Below, piece after piece: positions 38,247-46,900 of a stretch of 64,000 nucleotides of DNA. The position numbers were made by a program, and so were the translations under genes. The notes under the pieces are model-generated. The model was not told where the DNA came from and ran no database searches. It was given only the letters and a program-made list of their open reading frames with translations. Numbering within the stretch: the first letter of the stretch is position 1; the number at the start of each line of letters is the position of its first letter. This DNA comes from an uncultured bacterium (GTDB taxonomy: Bacteria > Ratteibacteria > UBA8468 > B48-G9 > DSTR01): NCBI GenBank assembly GCA_964645405.1, contig CAZYCA010000034.1:6131-70130 (forward strand). The letters are read 5' to 3'.

Positions 38247-40696
38247 AAATCTGGTTGCCGGTATTGATTTTCTGGGGGATGTGCTGTCTGGTTAGCGGAG
38301 AGGTAGTTTTAGTAAAAGATGGAAAAGTGCAGAGTTTCATTGTGCTTTCAGAAAAGCCAACCCGGGCAGCTTATCTGGCTGCCTACGAACTGCAGTACCA
38401 TGTGAAACTGATAACCGGTGCCGAAATACCGATTATCAGCCAGCCGGAGAAAATCAAAGGGGTAAAAATTCTGGTAGGTTCCAGCAACCAGACAGATAAA
38501 CTGGGGCTGGGAAGAAACTTAAAAGAACAGGAGTATGTAATCAAATTCCTGCCAGGTGCCATTGTTCTTCTGGGAAAAGATAGCCAGGATTATGGGGAGG
38601 TGAAATACGGAGAAGACCAGCCTTCAGCCTGGAAGACATGGCCAGGATTTTTCCAGCAGCAGGGAACTCTTTATGCGGTCTATGAATTTTTAGAAAACTA
38701 CTGCGGGGTAAGATGGTTTAACCCGACTGACAGTGGTATTTTCTGCCCGCAGAAAAAGACACTGGTAATCAAAGAAAAGAACCTCACCGGCCAGCCATAC
38801 TTTCTTTATCGGGAAATTTATCCGGGGATGACTGTTCTGGATAGATATGACTGGAGCGTTTCCGGTCTCTGGAAAGGAGGTTTTAATCCTGATGACCCGG
38901 ACTATAAAGAATGGGAAGAGACTGCTTACCAGGCACTCCGGGAAAAGTTTACCAGACCCGGTGAATATACTGAAGCCAGAAGAGGAAGGATAAAACTATT
39001 TTTATTGAGAATGAGAGTGGGTGGTGAAAAGCGGGTAGCCAATCATTCCCTGTACCACTATTATCAGCAGTATCCACCGGATAAGTACCCGGAAATATGG
39101 GCAAAGGGTTATCAGGGTACACCTACCCAGCTTTGTTATACCAGCGAAAAACTCGTAGAACTGGTGAGTAAAGAAGCTGAAGAGTATTTCCAGCTTCCTG
39201 AAGAAAAAAGAAAATGGGGACCAAATGTTTTTGCTGTAGAACCAATGGATAACAGGGCTTTCTGCCGGTGTGAGAAATGCCAGGAGTTAATCAAAAAGGG
39301 TAAAAGTTATGGTCATTACTCCTCAGGAGAACACAGCGAGTACCACTTTTATTTTGTCAATGAGATTGCTAAAAGGCTGAAGAAAACTAACCCGGATAAG
39401 ATGCTTATCACCCTCGCTTATGCCTCCCATGCTAAATACCCGGAGACTGTAAAACTGGAACCAAACATAGAAGTAATGTTCTGTTTTGCCAACAACAGAA
39501 GTCCCTTTTCCAGAGGGTACCAGCATGAACTACAACTTTTGAAGGAATGGGCAGAAAAATGTAAAAAGGACAGAAGACCGCTTTCCCTGTGGCTTTACTA
39601 CACCTTTCCCAAGGAATCGGCTGACAATGGAAACTATTATTGTTTCCCTGGATTTTTTGCTCACGCTATTGACAGACAGTTTAAACTCTTCCAGAGATAT
39701 GGCATCAGAGGCGTTTTCCACTGCGGTTACGGCCAGGAAGTGGAAGCCTATGTTACTTACAAGTTAATGCTTAACCCCGAAGAAGACATAGAAAAACTTC
39801 TTCAGGATTACTTTTCCTCCCTGTACGGACCTGCTGCTACTGAGATGAAAAACATTTACCAGCTGATAGAGCAAACCTACACTGACGAAAAGAACCATCC
39901 GGAAGGTGTCTCCTACGCTGAGGCTTCTTACAGGTATCTGGGAACAAAAGAAAGAATGGAAAAAATCAGCCAGTGGCTGGAAAAGGCGAAAAGTAAAGCT
40001 ACTACTGCCCGGGAGAAAAACAACATCAAACTTTTTGAGTATGCCATTGTCAGGTACATGGAAAAAGGTTACCAGACTTATCAGGAAGCCTCTCGTCTGC
40101 CGTTGCTTCAGCTGAGTATTCCCAGGGTAGCAAAAGTGGAAAACATAAAAAATATAGACTGGAATAAGGGTGTAAGTATTGGTCCCTGGTATGAAAGAGG
40201 GACGAATACCAGAAGTGAAAGACCAATGGAAGGAGCAATTGTGCACGATGGAGAGAATATCTACCTGAAACTGGTTGATAACTGCGAGGTAGAAAAACTG
40301 GAATCTTCAGCCATGGTCTTTCCGGCTGACGACTGGGAGATTTTTGTGGCTAAGCAGAGGGGGTTACCTTACCGACAGATATCCTTCAATCCGAAGGGAC
40401 TGATTGTTATCCTGTCTCAGGGAGAAATAAACTTCAGAAGGAATGTGGAAATCAAAGAGCATGGAGTTGAAGTTTTTCCTGTTTTAGAAAAGAACCGCTG
40501 GATTAGTCTGGTGAAGATTCCGCTGAAGGATGTCTCTTTGGAAGGATACAGGAAGGGAGAAAAACTCTATCTGAATATTGTGAGGGTTTCTTCAGGGAAA
40601 GTGAACAAAAAGAATACCCTGGGCATAGAAACACTGGTTCCTTTCTCCAGCGTGCACCAGCTGGAAAGACTGGCAGAACTGAAACTGGAAGACTGA
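38243..40696 (+). CDS. DUF4838-like glycoside-hydrolase-family protein with C-terminal CBM9-like domain
   Basis: Signal peptide. 'AAYLAAYELQYHVKLITGAEIPII' GH20b/GH67N-like N-domain. 'FCRCEKCQE' cluster. Paralogous to 31242..33764. C-terminal 'NIDWNKGVSIGPWYERG...DDWEIFVAKQRG'. Confidence 0.5.
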   Translation: MKIWLPVLIFWGMCCLVSGEVVLVKDGKVQSFIVLSEKPTRAAYLAAYELQYHVKLITGAEIPIISQPEKIKGVKILVGSSNQTDKLGLGRNLKEQEYVIKFLPGAIVLLGKDSQDYGEVKYGEDQPSAWKTWPGFFQQQGTLYAVYEFLENYCGVRWFNPTDSGIFCPQKKTLVIKEKNLTGQPYFLYREIYPGMTVLDRYDWSVSGLWKGGFNPDDPDYKEWEETAYQALREKFTRPGEYTEARRGRIKLFLLRMRVGGEKRVANHSLYHYYQQYPPDKYPEIWAKGYQGTPTQLCYTSEKLVELVSKEAEEYFQLPEEKRKWGPNVFAVEPMDNRAFCRCEKCQELIKKGKSYGHYSSGEHSEYHFYFVNEIAKRLKKTNPDKMLITLAYASHAKYPETVKLEPNIEVMFCFANNRSPFSRGYQHELQLLKEWAEKCKKDRRPLSLWLYYTFPKESADNGNYYCFPGFFAHAIDRQFKLFQRYGIRGVFHCGYGQEVEAYVTYKLMLNPEEDIEKLLQDYFSSLYGPAATEMKNIYQLIEQTYTDEKNHPEGVSYAEASYRYLGTKERMEKISQWLEKAKSKATTAREKNNIKLFEYAIVRYMEKGYQTYQEASRLPLLQLSIPRVAKVENIKNIDWNKGVSIGPWYERGTNTRSERPMEGAIVHDGENIYLKLVDNCEVEKLESSAMVFPADDWEIFVAKQRGLPYRQISFNPKGLIVILSQGEINFRRNVEIKEHGVEVFPVLEKNRWISLVKIPLKDVSLEGYRKGEKLYLNIVRVSSGKVNKKNTLGIETLVPFSSVHQLERLAELKLED

Positions 40697-41143
40697 GTGA
40701 GGCATCGTTGTAACCTCTGGTTATTTTTCTTCTCCGGGGCAGGATTACTCTGGTCTGGGGGATACCAGTCAGATATTGTCTTCTGGAAAGCCCTGCGTGC
40801 TTCTTCCGGAACCCTGGCTCTTTTCCACTTTGACACCACAGAGACTGATAAAACAACATTCCTTCAGGATTCCTCACCGGACCAGGTGGAAACTGAAGTT
40901 TCCGGAAAAGTAAAGGAAGTACCAGGAAAGTTTGGTTCAGGTCTGGAGATAGAAGAAGGAATGCTGAAGGTTTTTCTGCGCCGGCCAGTAGCCTTTGAAT
41001 TTTCCTGGATGAGTCCAGCACCGCAGTTTTCCGGTGAAGCCTGGGTTTACCTGAAAAACTATCCGGAGAAAGAAGGGGAAATTTTTGAAAAACAAGCAGG
41101 TTTTCCTTCTCAGAACCAATTATGTCTAACACCGCCTATATAA
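40697..41143 (+). pseudogene. Truncated LamG/concanavalin-A-like lectin-domain gene (N-terminal roughly 130 aa only), cut off at the junction with the AT-rich island
   Basis: GTG start directly after the upstream stop. Hydrophobic signal region, then 'LALFHFDTTETDKTTFLQDSSPDQVETEVSGKVKEVPGKFGSGLEIEEG' and 'FSGEAWVYL'. This is the classic opening of PVC LamG-domain proteins, which normally continue for more than 200 further residues. Here the frame ends where base composition drops sharply, around 41100-41150. Confidence 0.4.
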
Positions 41144-41500
41144 GATTTACACAATATACCTGGACGGGGGCTTGACAGTACAGAATAAGAGCCAAATGAT
41201 GAGGATTCTAACAAGGTAAATGCAGGGTCGATAGTTTAAGATACATGACTTTCTTTAGATATATTCACCAGGAAAAAGGTACACCTTCAGGAATAACTCT
41301 CAAATAAACCCTTAAAGTGCGGAATTTCGGAGAGATTGGAAGAATGCTGTTGAGATGAAATTAGCGAAAGCGAAAAGGGAAAAGTATTTCGCTTAAAAAA
41401 TTTTGCAAGAAGAAAATAGTTTGTAATATAATAAAAGCGGCTTAAAGTCTTTAGGATAGGAACCAAGCAAGAAAATCAGTTGCCCGACCGGGAATAAAAT

Positions 41501-42226
41501 ATGAAAAAGCATCTGTCTAACAGTGAAATTAACAAAATTTATAGCATGATTGGTGATTACCACAAGAAATTTTTAAAAAAATACGGAGTAACCCTTCCTA
41601 ATCTAACTGACACAAAGGGCAGTTATACCAAAGATGCTCTGGTTTTAGTTTATTTGGCACAGGGCTATCCTCAGACAAAAAAGGTTTCAAAAGAAGAACT
41701 TACGGAGTTCATTCGTCAGTATTATCCGCATGTTGCTGATGTTCAACAAGCAAGACACCTTGGAGCACAAAAGGGATGGTTTATCGTTTCGGGTGGTCGC
41801 GATAATAAAGATGTAATTCTTGCACGAGGAGAATATCAACTTATTTCTCTTGAAAAACCTTACCCGTCTTTCCACGGGCATAGAATTGAAGAGACAGGGC
41901 AATGGGAGGAATTAAAAAGACAGTATGGTTATAGGTGTGCTACCTGTGGTTCAAAAGAAGGTGAACCTAATATTCATTGGCCAAATACTATTACCAGACT
42001 ACAGAAATCGCATATGGACCCTAACAAGCCCTTGCTCCCGGGTAATATTATTCCACAATGTCAAAAGTGTAATAGAGGGGATAGAAATAACTGGGTTTAT
42101 GATGAAAGGGGACGGGTGATAAAATTGGCTAATCCTGTTGTTATAAAAAGGTCAGATAAAGAAATTAGATGGAAGGTTTATAAAATTTTGTTTGAAGAAT
42201 TTAGTGGCGTGAATCCAAATGAATGA
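41501..42226 (+). CDS. Putative type II restriction endonuclease, HNH (beta-beta-alpha-Me) family with Cys4 zinc site
   Basis: Immediately upstream of the cognate MTase and overlapping it. C-terminal half: 'SFHGHRIEE...YRCATCGSKEG...HMDPNKPLLPGNIIPQCQKCN' has paired CxxC motifs bracketing a His/Asn HNH-like core. No homology to host metabolism. AT-rich codon usage. Confidence 0.55.
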   Translation: MKKHLSNSEINKIYSMIGDYHKKFLKKYGVTLPNLTDTKGSYTKDALVLVYLAQGYPQTKKVSKEELTEFIRQYYPHVADVQQARHLGAQKGWFIVSGGRDNKDVILARGEYQLISLEKPYPSFHGHRIEETGQWEELKRQYGYRCATCGSKEGEPNIHWPNTITRLQKSHMDPNKPLLPGNIIPQCQKCNRGDRNNWVYDERGRVIKLANPVVIKRSDKEIRWKVYKILFEEFSGVNPNE

Positions 42227-43223
42227 GAAATTTATAAACAAAATCATACTTGGAGATGCTGAAAGAATACTGCACGAAATTGAGGATAATTCAATAGACC
42301 TTGTTTTAACTGACCCTCCTTATTTTCTGGATAAGATGGATAATAACTGGAATCCTGAAACGGTATCAACAATAACAGATTATTGCCATGTTGTGAAATC
42401 TCTTCCTCCCGGGATGAAATTTAGCAGAGAACAGGGGAAAAGGTTTTACGAGTGGTATTTTAAAATATCAAAGGAAATCCATAGAGTATTAAAACCGGGG
42501 GGTTTCTTCTTTTCATTTTCAAGTCCGAGACTTTATCATAGAGCAGTTTCCGCAATTGATGATGCAGGGTTTTTAATTAGAGATTGTTTTATCTGGCTCT
42601 ATACACAAAATCAACCGAAAGCTATGTCTCTTGACCACTTTATTGAGAAAGGAAACTTTGATAAGAGGAGGAGTGTCCAAATAAAAGAGAAATTAAAAGG
42701 ATGGAAAACACCCCAGATAAAATCATGCTTTGAGCCTATTGTAATGGCTCAAAAAGAATTAGAGAAAACGTTTTTACATAATATGACGAAATATAATGTT
42801 GGTCTTATAAATACCAATGTAAAAATCGGGAAAGCCATGTTTCCTTCTAATGTTGTAACTACACAGGAGATTACCGAAGACATAGATAGATGTTTTCTTT
42901 TACCAAAACCTGATAAAGAAGAAAAGGGCGAATTTAATATACATAAAACTGTGAAACCTTTAACACTGTGCGAATACATAATTGCACTTACAACTTTTTC
43001 AGAAGATGCCATTGTTCTGGACCCATTTGTCGGAAGTGGAACAACCGCTGTCGCCGCTAAAAAATTAGGTAGGAAATTTATCGGGATTGATATTAATCTT
43101 GAGTATGTAGAAATTGCTCGAAAGAGATTAAAACACGTTGCCATGGGAGAAAACAGCTTATATGTAACTCACACTGAACAGAAACAAGTTACTCTATTTG
43201 AACCCCGGGAAAATATACAATAA
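42219..43223 (+). CDS. DNA methyltransferase, beta-class amino-MTase (N6-adenine or N4-cytosine; DPPY motif favours N6A)
   Basis: Motif IV 'IDLVLTDPPYF' near the N-terminus and motif I 'VLDPFVGSGTTAVAAKKLGRKFIGIDINLEYVEIA' near the C-terminus. This is the beta-class order IV...I of the N6_N4_Mtase family (PF01555-like). Confidence 0.85.
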   Translation: MNEKFINKIILGDAERILHEIEDNSIDLVLTDPPYFLDKMDNNWNPETVSTITDYCHVVKSLPPGMKFSREQGKRFYEWYFKISKEIHRVLKPGGFFFSFSSPRLYHRAVSAIDDAGFLIRDCFIWLYTQNQPKAMSLDHFIEKGNFDKRRSVQIKEKLKGWKTPQIKSCFEPIVMAQKELEKTFLHNMTKYNVGLINTNVKIGKAMFPSNVVTTQEITEDIDRCFLLPKPDKEEKGEFNIHKTVKPLTLCEYIIALTTFSEDAIVLDPFVGSGTTAVAAKKLGRKFIGIDINLEYVEIARKRLKHVAMGENSLYVTHTEQKQVTLFEPRENIQ

Positions 43224-43308
43224 CTAAGAGGAAGTAGACAGGAAAAATGATAAATAGGGGCCACAAACATATAACACAGCAGAAAGATTCATACATTGCG
43301 ACACTCAC

Positions 43309-43494
43309 TCAAATTTTTTCTTCGCAAAAGTCTCTTTTATGCCAGAAACTGTTAAACATAATGCCTAAAAATAGCAGCCCCTGCAGAATTTGAAAAGATA
43401 AGTAAAGTTTAGAACCTTTCCAAAGAAATAGTTGAGGAGATAATAAAACTGCCAGTATGTAGCCCAATTGTGCAAGTACTTGCAGGAAAATCAA
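43309..43494 (-). CDS. Possible small two-helix membrane protein in the island tail (speculative)
   Basis: 61-aa ORF 'MIFLQVLAQLGYILAVLLSPQLFLWKGSKLYLSFQILQGLLFLGIMFNSFWHKRDF' with two hydrophobic segments. It lies in an otherwise ORF-poor 700-bp AT-rich region. It could be chance. Confidence 0.2.
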   Translation of the reverse strand: MIFLQVLAQLGYILAVLLSPQLFLWKGSKLYLSFQILQGLLFLGIMFNSFWHKRDFCEEKI

Positions 43495-43936
43495 AATACA
43501 TTCTGTTTCCTAAAAACATATGTGGAAAAATAAATAAAATCAGCCAGAAATTTCCACGGCATAAAACACGATCGGAAATTATTGACGCTATACGATATTT
43601 CGGTGCAGACTACCCAGTGAAGAATTGGGAAGAATTATGGAACAAAATTATCCTACAATTTTGCGATTCGCTCACACTCCTGGAAGGACTACTGTGCTAA
43701 ATTGTACAACACAGCGGAATAAAAAGTGTGGCAGTAATCGTCAATGCCGGAGAAAAACAGGTAGAGCTATCACCCTGCTTAATCAAAACAACAATTCCTG
43801 GCCTGAGTTCCGTGAAACAGGTTTCCAATCTGGAAAACAAGCAGATTTTTCCTGTTACCCTGTCCTCTCAAGGAATTTCTGTTTCCGGACTATCCATACC
43901 CCGGCATGGACTACTTCTGCTTCTTCTTCAGTAAAA

Positions 43937-46900
43937 CTATTCCTCCCTGCCGACAAAGAAATCAGAAAAAAATGTCACAGGAGAACGGCTCTGGGGATTA
44001 AAATGGGCTGGATGGACATTATCCAGATGCGGTTTTTCCCCTTTATGCCCATTGCCTAAAAGGACAAACTCTGGTGGTCCAGCGTATTTTTCTCCCCTTT
44101 TAACCTCCGCATCAAGTTTCCATTCTTTCCCGTCAGAAGAACTATAAAACCTGATAGTCTCAGGATTTAAACTAATTTTTACCCAGTTAGCCATAAAGGG
44201 ATACCAGCCAAAAATACTTTCCGTGCTGATAGGTGAACCACGTCGCAAACCAATGGAGGAACCTGTATAGAGAAACTTCTTTTCATTTACTCCAGGTGTT
44301 GCCTGGACAAATTCACCGTTAGGCCAGACCAGAAAGAGACTCCCGCCTGAAGTATCCTGACCACCAGAAGGGGCTCTTAAAATCAGACACTGGACGCTGA
44401 TATTATCCTGGTTAATCACCTTGCGAATATGGGCATAACCATAATGGTCACCCTGGACACATAGTCTTCCGTCAATCATAGAAACACTGGCATTACCCTC
44501 ATGAAGGTCTTTCAGCCAGGAGGAAGAAAGTTGCTGACCTGTGAAAGTGTCGGAAAGTGAATTTAGAATCTTTTCTGGTAGCAGAGAAGGGGCTGTTAAG
44601 TCCACATTCCTGGGGATATATGCGCCTGGTTTTCCTGCCAGCACTAAAAGCACATCCCGCGCTGGCACCTTTACAGAAAAACCTGTCTTGCTGTTGCCAG
44701 CGGAAAGACTGATAGCTTCCCCTGTCTCCGGGTTGAAACAGTTCAAACCAGCATGGTTAAAACCAAGGGTTTTCCAGTCGGGTTCCACAGTTACTTTCTC
44801 TTCCTGAAAAGAAGTATTACCCAGAATAAAAAGGAGGCCATTTCCCTTCCTGTAATAACTGACAAGGACTTTCTCGTTATTTCTTTTCACAGTTTTCTCT
44901 GCTTCCCAGTATCCGGTAAAGGTCGTGTCTTTCTCCCAGGGCCGGAAAATGTTTCTGGCAGCCCGCAGCCGGCACACTGTCCTGGTATCACGGGAACCAA
45001 AAGAACCAACATCCTGGTCATTCAAAAAAGCAAGCATCATCATATTCCTGGTATCTCTGACAAAAGCAGCTGCTTCCCATTGAGGTGAGGACATGCCAAT
45101 CATCCCTGGTTGGCCAAACTGCCTTCCTGGATTGTAGGCAACAAATCTATCCACGGAGCCGTAAAAACCAAGGTTATCTCTGTCTTTAAAAGGATTGTAA
45201 TAACCGTGTTCACATGGTGCCCACAGCCCGATGAAGTGATAGGCAGGCATAAAATGAGCGTGACAGTGCTGGCTATCCCGGAGAAAATTTGGCCGGTTGT
45301 GCAGAAAGTTTACATAGGCGGCTCTTTTCCATCTTTCCCGGTATATCCAGAGACCTGAGGAGTAAACCTTCCGGCCATCTTCCCGAATGAAACCAAGACC
45401 TAACTCTTCATCAAATACTGGCTTCGGATAACCGGTATCATCATAAAATCCGGACAAAGGTGTGTACTTCAGCATCTCATCATAGGCATAGGTGATAAAA
45501 TCAACATAGCTGGGTACGCACTTCACATAAGAAATGATGTAAAGATCCCTGTTGTCTCCATAGAATTTATTCTGCCATTCCCATTCTCTCACTGCCTTAT
45601 TAGCGTCCCAGGTATACCTGTCAATTCCCCATTCTCCCCGGAAAACGCGTGTCTCCACCCTTCCCTTGGGCACAGTACCCCAGTAGTGATACCCAACCAC
45701 TGCCTTATTACCACCTGCTATGACCTTTTCCAGCCTCTCCCGGCACTGCTTTCTTATCTCCGGTGTATCCCCTGGATGGAGAATGTGGGTGCCACCACCA
45801 CCGCAGTTCCCACTTCCTCCAACCTGGATAATCGTTAAAGGTGCATCCCCGGGGTTACCTCCATCCTGGATACCGCGGTAATTATCTATCATGGGTTTAG
45901 TAGGACCAGCCTGAAACGCAAACTCCAGTTCCCTGCTCTGGTTCAGGTTGTACTCTTTATCTACCAGGTTCAGATAAACAATTACCTGCTCCCCTTCCCG
46001 GTAGGCTTCCACTGCTGGTGCATCATCTCTTATGAGCCATCCTTTATCACTATCAGCCGCATAACAGAAACAGGTATCATAATCACCTACCCAGAAGAGT
46101 GTGGCAAAAGTCGGACTGCAGCAGACCGACCGGGTATCTTTCATACTGTCATAAACCTTACCTTCTTTCTCCGGCAAAAGTGCTCCCTGGATACAGACAC
46201 CCTGAGTATCACCGGCTGCGGAAAAAAACTTCGTGTATCTGGCATCCAGAGGGATTTTTACCTGCATTTTCCTGACAGTTACAGTATCTTTCTCCGGGCC
46301 ATACCTCATCCGGAAAAGTACAAAACCGTCATATTCTGTAATACTTTCCAGTTCCACCTTTAACTTATTTCCGGAGATAACCGACCTGCCACTAACAGCA
46401 GCTGGACTGATTTCCTCGAAAGAGAAAGGGCTAACAGTTTTCCAGGAAACATCCCCTTCGGCTGTTTGCGCTAAAAGAGTCACCGGTGCTTTCAGATAAT
46501 TTTTTCCCTGGGTGAGAAAACTTTCCGGAAGACCGCTAGTCTGAAAAGAATAGGTACGTCCCCAGACCTGCACTGAACGACCTGATACCTTTAAAGGTAT
46601 ATAAGGAGCAGGAACTTTTTCTCCTTTTCCCCGGGGATTAACCATCCAGTCAAAAATTCTTTTTTCAAACCAGTCTTCATGTTTAGCGATTAGTTGCCCT
46701 GTCTTACTGGCTAAAGTTACCAGCACTGAGTATTCACCTTCAGGTAAATTTTTTGTGGACTGGCGCCAGACTCCCCGGCAGTCTTTAAACTCTGTCAGTT
46801 TCCCATTCATTACTGGTTTTTCCAGTTCCTTTCCTTTAGGCCAGACAGAAATTTCAGCGCTTATCCCGTCACCAAAAAAACCTGTCTTTTTTGCCCAGGC

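Larger units (their letters stand above)
41150..43930. mobile_element. AT-rich horizontally acquired island carrying a type II restriction-modification module (no integrase seen)
   Basis: A sharp compositional shift. Long A/T runs and AT-rich codons replace the ~45% GC flanks. It contains a 350-bp AT-rich leader, overlapping REase and MTase genes (8-nt overlap) and a 700-bp AT-rich tail. The flanks are host CAZyme genes, and the upstream LamG gene is truncated. Confidence 0.5.

Noticed and set aside
40503-41132. 209-aa minus-strand ORF spanning the DUF4838-like gene end and the LamG fragment
   Set aside because: It is antisense to two coherent plus-strand coding regions and has no recognisable motifs. 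The plus-strand LamG-like N-terminus is far more protein-like.
41355-41400. Imperfect hairpin 'AGCGAAAGCGAAAAGGGAAAAGTATTTCGCT' in the island leader
   Set aside because: It has only a 7-bp stem with a 16-nt loop and is not followed by a U-tract. I mention it under the island finding, but it is too weak to call a terminator or riboswitch.
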